From: an uncultured Deinococcales bacterium
GTDB lineage: Bacteria > Deinococcota > Deinococci > Deinococcales > JAAFIG01
Direction: 5' to 3'
DNA length: 12,134 nucleotides
NCBI GenBank assembly: GCA_964247135.1
Contig: CAXTTL010000147.1
Coordinates: forward strand, 1 to 12,134
In this document: positions 1 through 7,701 of the stretch, one piece after another
How positions within the stretch are numbered: the stretch's first letter is position 1
Layout of the letters: the number at the start of each line of letters is the position of its first letter
Made by a program: the position numbers and the translations under genes
The notes under the pieces: model-generated
Told to the model about the DNA's origin: nothing
Database searches by the model: none
The model's input: the letters and a program-made list of their open reading frames with translations, nothing else

Positions 1-366
1 GGTGGCATTTTGCAACCCATTCAAAACGACGCCCAATACGACCAACTCAGCGTCTTGCTCGATGATCTGCTCGATTCAACTCGAGGGCATCCAAACCACC
101 CGTTGCGTGGCTTGCTCGAGATTGTCACCAAGCTGATTGAAGATTTTGACCGTGCGCATCCACTCGAGTTGAGCAAACCACATGAAATGCTGGCGTGGTA
201 CATGGAAAGCAAAGCCATTAATCAAGTTCAATTGGCAGCAGCAACGGACATTGACCAGAGTTTAATCTCCAAGCATTTGCAACAAAAACGTCCGATCAGC
301 AAAAACGATGCAAAAACTTACGCACGGTTTTTTGATGCGCCTGTAACAGCTTTTTTCGAGATTTAA
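1..366 (+). CDS. HigA-like XRE/HTH antitoxin or transcriptional regulator, probably 5'-truncated by the window edge
   Basis: The frame is open from base 1 (GGILQPIQNDAQY...). The N-terminal helical part (Y...LLDDLL...LLEIVTKLIEDFD) is followed by an HTH (LAWYMESKAINQVQLAAATDIDQSLISKHLQQKRPISKNDAKTYARFF), the layout of E. coli HigA-type antitoxins. A cognate toxin would lie outside the window. Confidence 0.75.
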   Translation, partial: GGILQPIQNDAQYDQLSVLLDDLLDSTRGHPNHPLRGLLEIVTKLIEDFDRAHPLELSKPHEMLAWYMESKAINQVQLAAATDIDQSLISKHLQQKRPISKNDAKTYARFFDAPVTAFFEI

Positions 367-375
367 ACTCGAGCT

Positions 376-2241
376 TTACATTTCTTCTGGCGCGTCAATT
401 CCAAGCACACCCAAAGCTTCTTTGATCGCGTCAGCAACCCGTATCACAAGCTCGAGGCGGGCTTCTCGTAAACCTTCGGGAGACTCGAGTATCTTGGTGT
501 CTGATTTTCCGTTTTCGTCTTTGTGGTTGTAATACCCATTGAGTGCTGTTGCAAGTTCGAGGGCGTAAGCGCACATTGGATGCGGAGTCACATCACGCAC
601 GCAAAGCTCGAGCACACTTGGGTATCTGGAAACGACTTTAGCCAATTCAAGCTCAAGGTTGCTTATTTGATTCCAGTCCGAAACGCCGTGATGACTAGCC
701 GTTTTATAGTCTCTGGCGATTTTGCGAACTCGAGCGTGAGCATACTGAATTGGTACGGCTGTATCACCTTGGAGCGCTAAGGCTTTATCCCATCTAAAAT
801 CAATTTGACGCTTGGGATCAGATTTCAAAAACGTAAATTTGAGTGCACCAATTCCAACAGTTGAAGTCAAAATTGGTACATCTTCAGGTTTTTCTTCAAT
901 CAATTTTGGATTGAGTTCTTCAAGAACTTTAAGCGCTCGGATTTTTGATTCTGCAACCACATTATCGGCTGGAACGGTTGTCCCCTTCCGTCCGCTCATG
1001 GTTTCACCCTCGAGCAGCACGGTTTCGTTTGCCAAGTGATGGTGTTTTAGCGCATACGTTCCGTCACTGACGAGCGACAATCCAGCTTTCACAACCATTT
1101 GCGGAAATTGTTGTCTGGCATCAATCACGTTCACCACTTCGTCTGCATGGGCGAACTTATGCCCTTCGGGTTCATGCTCGCCGTTAGGTGCGGAAGTCCA
1201 CAGCGTTTTCCCACTGGGTTGCACCCCAAACTTTTGATACTCGAGTCCTTCAAAAAACCCGAGTTTCCAGTAATGGTAGGCAATGTCTTTGGTTTCGTAA
1301 ACGAACGTGCCGTTGCCGCGCACCAGCACTTTGAAGGGTTCCTCGAGTCCTGACACGAATGAACTCATGTCCACGCCTTTCGCGCCTGCGTATTTGCCTT
1401 CGGTGGGACTGAGCAACCTGTCGCCAAAAATCTCGAGCGCAGTTTTGACAAAGCCTTCTTTCACCACGTCCGATTCCCAGACCAGCAGGTCGTATTCAAT
1501 GCCGAGGCTGTATGCCGTCTCGAGTTGCGCCGCCACAACTTTTTCGACAATTCCACGCAATTCGCCGCGCTCGAGGGCATGAACGACCAGGGCGATTTCG
1601 GGTTCGATCTCGAGTTTTTGCGGACTTTTTTCGGGGAATTCTTTGTTAAGGCGCACGTAAGATTCCCCAAGCCAATGGTCAAGGCGTGGCTTATAGCTTA
1701 AAGCTTCATAATCCTCGAGCCAGTTTGCGCCGTGGTATCGGCTGGCGGCGTAAATGCTTTCGGCGGCTTGGCGTCCGGTGTCATCAATGTAATTTTGAAT
1801 TTCGACCTCAAACCCAGCCGCGCGGTAAATTTTGCCCATCGCATCGCCGAGTAACGCACCGCGAATATGTCCGACGTGCCATTCTTTGTTCGGGTTGACG
1901 CTGGTGTGCTCGACGATGACTTTTTGATTTTTTGGTGTTGCCTCGTACCTCGAGTTGACGACATCTTGGGTAAAACCAGCCACATCCACAAAAAAGTTCA
2001 GGTACGGTCCGACCGCTTCGGCTCGAGCGATGCCTTTTGGCAGTTCGATTTTGCTGGCGAGGTCTGCCGCGATTTGCACGGGGTTGGCGCGAAGGGCTTT
2101 TGCCAGCAAGAACGGCAATGGCGTGCCGTAATCGCCTGGTTTGCCGCTTGGGGTGTCTTGAATCACGATCTCGAGTTTTGAGGCTTCGGGTGGAAGGAGT
2201 TTCTCGAGGGCGGTTTTGAGGTTTTGTTTGAAGTCCTGCAT
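376..2241 (-). CDS. argS: Arginyl-tRNA synthetase (class I)
   Basis: 621 aa. N-terminal GDYG...GPYLNF domain, EHTSVNPNKEWHVGH (HIGH-type motif), NYIDDTGRQ, VIDARQ, MSGRKG, a QYAHAR anticodon-binding region and a C-terminal PEEM. The motif wording resembles Thermus/Deinococcus ArgRS. Confidence 0.97.
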   Translation of the reverse strand: MQDFKQNLKTALEKLLPPEASKLEIVIQDTPSGKPGDYGTPLPFLLAKALRANPVQIAADLASKIELPKGIARAEAVGPYLNFFVDVAGFTQDVVNSRYEATPKNQKVIVEHTSVNPNKEWHVGHIRGALLGDAMGKIYRAAGFEVEIQNYIDDTGRQAAESIYAASRYHGANWLEDYEALSYKPRLDHWLGESYVRLNKEFPEKSPQKLEIEPEIALVVHALERGELRGIVEKVVAAQLETAYSLGIEYDLLVWESDVVKEGFVKTALEIFGDRLLSPTEGKYAGAKGVDMSSFVSGLEEPFKVLVRGNGTFVYETKDIAYHYWKLGFFEGLEYQKFGVQPSGKTLWTSAPNGEHEPEGHKFAHADEVVNVIDARQQFPQMVVKAGLSLVSDGTYALKHHHLANETVLLEGETMSGRKGTTVPADNVVAESKIRALKVLEELNPKLIEEKPEDVPILTSTVGIGALKFTFLKSDPKRQIDFRWDKALALQGDTAVPIQYAHARVRKIARDYKTASHHGVSDWNQISNLELELAKVVSRYPSVLELCVRDVTPHPMCAYALELATALNGYYNHKDENGKSDTKILESPEGLREARLELVIRVADAIKEALGVLGIDAPEEM

Positions 2242-2248
2242 GGCGCGA

Positions 2249-2257
2249 ATCGTATCA
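2249..2257 (-). promoter_or_regulatory. Extended -10 promoter (TGaTACGAT) of a probably leaderless argS mRNA
   Basis: The minus strand reads gTGaTACGAT-tcgcgcc-ATG: a TAnnnT hexamer 7 nt before the start codon, with no Shine-Dalgarno. Confidence 0.6.
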
Positions 2258-2328
2258 CACGGGATTACGGGTGGGAGTTGACTTCATCATGACACATCAA
2301 TTGAAGACTACGAATGTAGCGTGAAAAA

Positions 2329-2345
2329 TCACTGGTATACAGTGA
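2329..2345 (+). promoter_or_regulatory. Inverted repeat TCACTG-N5-CAGTGA overlapping a candidate -10 (TACAGT, 2338-2343) of the peptide-nuclease operon
   Basis: Perfect 6-bp arms are seen directly. The operator role is inferred from position. Confidence 0.4.
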
Positions 2346-2353
2346 AGTGATAT

Positions 2354-2383
2354 GTACTCGAGAGCTTTTTTAAACTCGAGTAC
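2354..2383 (+). promoter_or_regulatory. 5'-UTR stem-loop (GTACTCGAG-N12-CTCGAGTAC) just upstream of the SD GGAGG (2391-2395)
   Basis: Perfect 9-bp inverted repeat built from two CTCGAG sites. Confidence 0.5.
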
Positions 2384-2402
2384 GGTTTCGGGAGGAACAA
2401 AA

Positions 2403-2579
2403 ATGCAGACACCAAAAATCCTAGCCATAGATCAGACAAGAACGCCGTATCAAACCCCAAAACTCGAGCTTCATGGCGTTTGGCAGATTGCCACTGGAGT
2501 CACGCTTTCGATTGGAACAGGGGTCAGCTTACCGACGGACATCAAGCTCGAGACGTTTGAATGGAATGGTGAACTATGA
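2403..2579 (+). CDS. 58-aa small protein with a lasso/RRE-type leader motif YxxPxLxxxGxxxxxT
   Basis: SD GGAGG lies 7 nt before ATG 2403, which is preferred over the ORF-track start at 2352. Sequence: MQTPKILAIDQTRTPYQTPKLELHGVWQIATGVTLSIGTGVSLPTDIKLETFEWNGEL. The stop overlaps the nuclease start (ATGA, 2576-2579). Confidence 0.75.
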   Translation: MQTPKILAIDQTRTPYQTPKLELHGVWQIATGVTLSIGTGVSLPTDIKLETFEWNGEL

Positions 2580-5500
2580 AGCTCAAAGTCCTGGGATTGC
2601 TCGCGCCAATGCTGGCGTTCATGGCTTGCACCCAAGCTCCCGCACCAGCCCCAACAAAACCCACGCCCTCGAGCAGCACCGTGCTTGGCACGGTCGAACT
2701 GAGTGTTGACCCTGCAAATACGCGCGGCAAAGCCAAAGTCTCAACCCGAGCGGCGCTGCCTGACAATGCCGCCAGTTTTACCTCCAGCAGCTTTAGCGAT
2801 TTTACTTTCACTTCAACCGGCAGCCGTTACCTCAGTGCGACGTTTAACGTCACCAACAATTCGGGTGCAGATTTTGACAATTTGACGCTTTACGCTTACA
2901 ACCAGGCAGGCTCGAGTTTGGGCGGGACTGCCATCAAAAACCTGGTCAACTTTGGGGGCGGCGCAATCACCGCCGATGCTGCGGCGCAAAGTTTGCTGCC
3001 GACCCATGCGATCACGCAAACCTCACCTGGCGTGTTACAAGTCGATGCGAGCCGTGCCGATTTCCAAGCCTTTAAACCGAGCGAAGTCGCCACCCTGCAA
3101 AGCCAAGCCCTGGGTTTGGGCGTGACCCAAGCCGCAGACACCATTCTCGAGTATGGTTTTGTGGCGCGGAATGCAACCGGTGGGCGCAGCATTCCAAACG
3201 GTGGCACTGGAACCATCACGGTTTCGTACCGCGTGCCAGAATCGAGTTTCACCAACTCGGGCAACCCGTACCGTTTTGTGGCGAATTTTGTGCTTGCCAA
3301 CGAAAGCGCCAGCCGTGTCACCCGAGGGCTTGATGACACGACCACAGATGCCGATGCTCGAGCCAGCGCTTTGAGCGCCGAGACGTTTTTGATTGGCAGC
3401 GACGGTCAGGCTTCTTTGAGCGCCAGTTCGTTCCGCACTGGAAATATTTTGACCGGCAGCAACCCAACTTGTTTGGTTCAAGGTGCTGGTGCGCCGACCT
3501 GCGCCAAATTGACCGAAATTGGTGCGATTCAAGGAACGGCGGGCGCGAGCAGTTTGGTGGCGACTACACCCACGTTTGAAGGTGTGGTGGTCGGTGATTT
3601 CCAGAACAGTGTTGGACCGCCAGCCGTGACCAAATTGAACGGTTTTTTTGTCCAAGATGCCGACGGCGACGGCAACACCAATTCTTCGGACGGTATTTTT
3701 GTGTTCGCGCCCACCGCTCCCGATTTGGCACTTGGCGATCTGGTGCGCGTGACGGGAAGTGTTGCCGAGTTCAACAACGCCACGCAAATTTCGGGCACAG
3801 TCATCGCCACCAAACTTGGCACGACCAGCCAACCCGCCGTGACCGACATCAGTTTGCCCGTAGCAAACCTTTCTGACCTCGAGAAATACGAGGGCATGAG
3901 GGTGCGGTTCACGAACACCTTGACCGTGACCGAACACTTTCAACTCGGGCGTTTTGGACAGGTGGTTTTGGCATCGGACGGCTCGAGCAACCAAACTGGA
4001 ACGGACGCACGGTTTGACAATTACACGGCGTTCAATACCCCGAGCGTTTCAGGTTATGCCACATATTTGAACGATCTTGCCAAACGCCGTGTTTACCTCG
4101 ATGATGCCAGCAGCGCGCAAAATCCTGCCACCATTATTTTTGGGCGTGGCGGCAATCCATTGTCTGCCAGCAACACCTTGCGCGGTGGCGACACGACCGA
4201 CAACTTGACTGGTATTTTCAGCGAGGGTTGCAATTCTGGTGTTTGTGGCACAACCGATTTAAACGGTGCGCCCGTCTACCGGTTGCAAACCGACAGCGCC
4301 GTGAATTTCACCGCCTCCAACGCCCGCTCGAGCACTGCGCCAGCCGTGGGTGGAACATTGCGCGTCTCGAGCTTTAACGTCTTGAATTTCTTTTACCCAG
4401 AAATTGGCACGGCAAACATTACGCGTCCTGTGGGTTGCAGCAACACCATTGGCGCCAGGGGCGCAACCAATGCCGCCGAATTCACACGTCAAAAAGACAA
4501 AATTGTGCAAGCCATCGTGGGCATCAACGCCGATATTTTTGGGCTGACCGAAATCGAAAACGACGCAGACTCGAGCACCAGCGCCATCAACACCCTGGTC
4601 AGTGCCATCAACACCATTGTCGGGGCGGGAACGTATGCGGCAATCGTCAGTCCAAATGTTGGTTGCGACGCGATCAAGGTGGCGTTTATTTACAAACCCG
4701 CCAGCGTCACCCCCATCGGTGCGGCGGTTGCGCCCGCGACTGGTTTTGGCACGGGTTCATTCGACGATCCGCCAACCGTGAACGACGGCAAAACGGGTCG
4801 CAAACCCTTGGCGCAAACCTTCAGGCAAAACTCGAGCGGCGCGTCGTTCACGGCGGTGATGAACCACTTCAAATCCAAAAGCTCGAGCGCGGGCGGTGTG
4901 AACGATGCCGATGCACTGGACGGTCAAGGTTTGTCCAACGGCACACGGGTCAACAACGCCAAAGACTTGCGCGATTGGCTCGCCACCAACCCGACGGGCA
5001 CCACCGACCCTGACTTCTTGCTGTTCGGCGATTTCAACGCCTATCACAAAGAAGACCCGCTGACCACGCTCGAGACGGCGGGTTACAGCAATCTTTTGCC
5101 GATCACCAGTTACTCGTATGTTTTTAGCGGACAATGGGGTTCACTCGACCATGCCTTTGGCAACGCCAGCATGGCGGCTCAGGTCAATGCCGCCGAAAAA
5201 TGGCACATCAACAGCGATGAGCCGAGCGTCTTGGATTACAACACCGAATTTAAAAGCACAGCTCAGGTGAGCAGTTTGTACGCCGCCGATGCCTTCCGCT
5301 CGAGCGACCATGACCCGGTGGTGATCGGACTGAACCTCACTGCGCCCACCAATCCAACCGTCAGTTTGAGCGGCTCGAGCACTGCCAACACGGGCGTCAG
5401 TTACTCGCTTGGCATTGCCGCTGCGCCGGCGTCAGGCTCGAACTTGACGGGCTTGAGTGTCGATTGGGGCGATGGTTCAGCGCTCGAAAACCTGGCGGTG

Positions 5501-6457
5501 GGTGCCACCACCGCCAGCCACACGTACTCGGGCACAGGAAATTTCACGATTTCGGTGACCGCTACAGATGCGAACACCCTGACTGCCAACGCGACCAAAG
5601 CCGTGAGTGTAACCTTGCCAAGCCCCACCATCAGCATCTCAGGCTCGAGCAGCGTCACGGTCAATACCACGTACAGTTTGACCATAACTGCCGCAGCCGC
5701 TTCAGGCTCGAGCATTGCGGGTTTGAGCGTCAACTGGGGCGATGGTTCAGCCCTCGAGAATCTTGCCACAAACGCCACAAACGCCAGCCACAGGTTTTCG
5801 AGCGCTGGAAATTACACCATCACGGCTAGCGTGACGGACGCGAACACCCAAACCGCCAGTGCCACCCAAAGCGTGACCGTGAACGCCTTAATTAAACCTG
5901 GCAAGATCGTGATTTCTCAAGTTTACGGCGGTGGTGGCAACACGGGCGCACCCTACCGTTCGGATTTTGTGGAATTGTTCAACGCTGGCGCTCAGAGCGT
6001 TAACATTGCCGGCTGGTCGGTGCAGTACGCTGCCGCCACATCAACGACGGCAGCTTGGACAGTGACCAACTTGCCAAGTGTCAACATTGCCCCTGGGCAG
6101 TATTACCTGGTCAAACAAGCCGACGGCGCGAATGCAGCCGCAACCGCATTGCCGACCCCAGATACCACGGGTACAACTGCCATGAGCGGTACGGCTGGCA
6201 AAGTCGCGCTTTTGAGCACCACAACCGCCTTAGCCCTCAGCAACCCCTCGGGCAACGCCAACCTGATCGACTTGGTGGGGTATGGCGCAACCGCCAACGG
6301 TTTTGAAGGCACTGGACCAACGCCAGCCCCAAGCAACACCACATCCGTGCTTCGTGCCGCCAACGGGTGCACCGATGCAAACATCAACTCGAGCGACTTT
6401 GCGACGGGCGCACCAACCCCACGCAACACCGCAACGGCTCTTAACGTCTGTCCTTAA
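2576..6457 (+). CDS. Lipoprotein ExeM/NucH-family extracellular nuclease: signal II, unknown N-terminal domain, OB fold, EEP nuclease domain, 2 PKD-like domains, C-terminal lamin-tail domain
   Basis: Lipobox-like FMA-C18 followed by a Pro/Thr linker. OB region: IGAIQG, GVVVGDFQ, GFFVQD, SDGIFVF. EEP motifs: SFNVLN, EIEND, NHFKSK, GDFNAY, GSLDH, WHINSDEP, SSDHDPV. Two WGDGS PKD-like repeats. LTD start: IVISQVYGGGGN...DFVELFN. Confidence 0.9.
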   Translation: MKLKVLGLLAPMLAFMACTQAPAPAPTKPTPSSSTVLGTVELSVDPANTRGKAKVSTRAALPDNAASFTSSSFSDFTFTSTGSRYLSATFNVTNNSGADFDNLTLYAYNQAGSSLGGTAIKNLVNFGGGAITADAAAQSLLPTHAITQTSPGVLQVDASRADFQAFKPSEVATLQSQALGLGVTQAADTILEYGFVARNATGGRSIPNGGTGTITVSYRVPESSFTNSGNPYRFVANFVLANESASRVTRGLDDTTTDADARASALSAETFLIGSDGQASLSASSFRTGNILTGSNPTCLVQGAGAPTCAKLTEIGAIQGTAGASSLVATTPTFEGVVVGDFQNSVGPPAVTKLNGFFVQDADGDGNTNSSDGIFVFAPTAPDLALGDLVRVTGSVAEFNNATQISGTVIATKLGTTSQPAVTDISLPVANLSDLEKYEGMRVRFTNTLTVTEHFQLGRFGQVVLASDGSSNQTGTDARFDNYTAFNTPSVSGYATYLNDLAKRRVYLDDASSAQNPATIIFGRGGNPLSASNTLRGGDTTDNLTGIFSEGCNSGVCGTTDLNGAPVYRLQTDSAVNFTASNARSSTAPAVGGTLRVSSFNVLNFFYPEIGTANITRPVGCSNTIGARGATNAAEFTRQKDKIVQAIVGINADIFGLTEIENDADSSTSAINTLVSAINTIVGAGTYAAIVSPNVGCDAIKVAFIYKPASVTPIGAAVAPATGFGTGSFDDPPTVNDGKTGRKPLAQTFRQNSSGASFTAVMNHFKSKSSSAGGVNDADALDGQGLSNGTRVNNAKDLRDWLATNPTGTTDPDFLLFGDFNAYHKEDPLTTLETAGYSNLLPITSYSYVFSGQWGSLDHAFGNASMAAQVNAAEKWHINSDEPSVLDYNTEFKSTAQVSSLYAADAFRSSDHDPVVIGLNLTAPTNPTVSLSGSSTANTGVSYSLGIAAAPASGSNLTGLSVDWGDGSALENLAVGATTASHTYSGTGNFTISVTATDANTLTANATKAVSVTLPSPTISISGSSSVTVNTTYSLTITAAAASGSSIAGLSVNWGDGSALENLATNATNASHRFSSAGNYTITASVTDANTQTASATQSVTVNALIKPGKIVISQVYGGGGNTGAPYRSDFVELFNAGAQSVNIAGWSVQYAAATSTTAAWTVTNLPSVNIAPGQYYLVKQADGANAAATALPTPDTTGTTAMSGTAGKVALLSTTTALALSNPSGNANLIDLVGYGATANGFEGTGPTPAPSNTTSVLRAANGCTDANINSSDFATGAPTPRNTATALNVCP
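5354..5882 (+). repeat. Intragenic tandem duplication, period 270 bp (90 aa), encoding two PKD-like domains
   Basis: PTVSLSGSS...GLSVDWGDGSALENLA...TDANT is repeated as PTISISGSS...GLSVNWGDGSALENLA...TDANT. The DNA tggggcgatggttcagc is identical in both copies. Confidence 0.9.
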
Positions 6458-6474
6458 AACTTAAACTTTTGAAT

Positions 6475-6508
6475 CTCGAGGGACGGTCTGAGCGTCCCTC
6501 GGGTTTTT
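6475..6508 (+). terminator. Intrinsic terminator of the nuclease operon
   Basis: Stem CTCGAGGGACG / CGTCCCTCGGG (one G-U pair), a 7-nt loop and TTTTT, starting 18 nt after the stop codon. Confidence 0.8.
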
Positions 6509-6542
6509 GTTGGTTTTCCTCGTGCTTTTCATCCTCAGACCG

Positions 6543-6548
6543 TATAAT
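6543..6548 (+). promoter_or_regulatory. -10 hexamer TATAAT of a probably leaderless HD-GYP gene
   Basis: TATAAT-gctcag-ATG(6555), with no SD. Confidence 0.65.
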
Positions 6549-6554
6549 GCTCAG

Positions 6555-7634
6555 ATGTTCCGTCGTAAACGCGAAGAGGCAAGCCCGCAAAATACCGCCG
6601 ATTCCATCAAAGCTGCCGCCGAACTCTTGACGGTGCGCTCCGAAAAACAGCTTCTCGAACTGGCACTGGCTCATGCGCTCGAAATAGCGCCCGCCGCGAC
6701 TCGAGCTTACGCCGTGATTCGTCAAGGGACCGATAAAATCGCGGCGGTCAAAGGTTACAGCCAGGATTTTATTGACCTCGAGTTGGTCGGACCTTGGAAC
6801 GACGGCACGCCGCGCATCTCGAACAATCTTTCTGGCGATTTGTTCAACCCCAACGTTGCCGAGGTGCGTGCCAAATTGGGCGCGATGGGTTTGCGCGAGG
6901 TTCGCAATGCCCTGATCGCGCCGATGCGTGACAGTTCTGGCAGCAAAGGCATTCTGGGCGCGTTGGTGCTGGACGCCTACGGCAATCAAAGTTTTGAACC
7001 GACCGTGCTCGAGGCGGTGCAGCGCTGGTCTTGGGTGGTGTCGCAAAGCCTGACCTTGATTCGTCAGCTTGGCTATCACCGTCAACTGGCTTGGCATTTG
7101 ACTTTGGCGTTCATTGAAGCCATCGAAGCCCAAGATTTTACCCAACTCGGACACGCGCAGCGCGTCACCAGTTACGCGATGGCGCTGGCACGCGAAATCG
7201 GACTCTCGAGCCAAGAACAAAACGATGTCTGGTTCGCCGCCATGCTTCACAACCTCGGGCGTCTCAGCGGTGAGGGTCTCGAGCCTGCCGCCGTGGCGGG
7301 TTTGGGGTTTAATATTTTGTCGCACGTTCAAGAACTCGAGGCGTCACGGATTGGTATTTTGCACGTTTTCGAGCATTGGGACGGCACGGGCGCACCGAAA
7401 AAATTAAGCCGCAACGCCATTCCCATTTTCTCGAGAATCATTGCGATTTCCAACGCCTACGACAGCCTGACCTCTGAGCGCGGCGAGGAACTCAACAGCC
7501 GCGAGGCGCTCGAGCGAATGCGTTTTGAGTCGGGTAAAATTTACGACCCAGAGTTGATCGAGCGGTTTGCCAACGTGCTGGCGCAGAACAAAGCCACCGC
7601 CGAATTGCGTCAGGGTAGTTTGTTCCCAGCTTGA
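6555..7634 (+). CDS. GAF domain + degenerate HD-GYP domain protein (c-di-GMP phosphodiesterase-like)
   Basis: GAF-like N-terminal half (ALIAPMRD...ILGALVLD...F), then EAQD...GHAQRV, MLHNLGR, EHWDGTGAP, IPIFSRIIAISNAYDSLTS and SGKIYDP. Start 6555 is chosen from the TATAAT spacing; the ORF-track TTG at 6507 lies in the terminator tail. Confidence 0.85.
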   Translation: MFRRKREEASPQNTADSIKAAAELLTVRSEKQLLELALAHALEIAPAATRAYAVIRQGTDKIAAVKGYSQDFIDLELVGPWNDGTPRISNNLSGDLFNPNVAEVRAKLGAMGLREVRNALIAPMRDSSGSKGILGALVLDAYGNQSFEPTVLEAVQRWSWVVSQSLTLIRQLGYHRQLAWHLTLAFIEAIEAQDFTQLGHAQRVTSYAMALAREIGLSSQEQNDVWFAAMLHNLGRLSGEGLEPAAVAGLGFNILSHVQELEASRIGILHVFEHWDGTGAPKKLSRNAIPIFSRIIAISNAYDSLTSERGEELNSREALERMRFESGKIYDPELIERFANVLAQNKATAELRQGSLFPA

Positions 7635-7660
7635 AAATCCAGCTCGAGCGTCAGCACAAG

Positions 7661-7692
7661 AAAAAGCCACCCCATTGCTGGAGTGACTTTTT
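7661..7692 (-). terminator. Intrinsic terminator for sodA, possibly bidirectional, between convergent genes
   Basis: The minus strand reads AAAAAGTCACTCCA-GCAA-TGGGGTGGCTTTTT: a stem with G-U pairs, a GNRA tetraloop and A/T tracts on both sides. Confidence 0.8.
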
Positions 7693-7701
7693 GAAATTCA
7701 A

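Noticed and set aside
1855-1890. ArgRS HIGH-region variant (KEWHVGHIRG instead of the more usual ..LHVGHLRN)
   Set aside because: The HVGH core is intact and the gene is full length, so this is probably ordinary lineage variation.
2403-2579. Canonical lasso peptide gene cluster
   Set aside because: The core lacks an N-terminal Gly/Ser/Ala/Cys and an acceptor Asp/Glu at positions 7-9, and no cyclase or peptidase genes are in the window. It is kept only as a leader-like peptide.
3035-3994. 319-aa antisense ORF, plus other shadow ORFs within the nuclease gene
   Set aside because: It lies fully opposite a well-supported CDS and has no recognisable motifs. Such shadow frames are expected from codon bias.
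6441-7331. 296-aa antisense ORF
   Set aside because: It is the shadow of the GAF/HD-GYP gene, runs through a terminator and has no family motifs.
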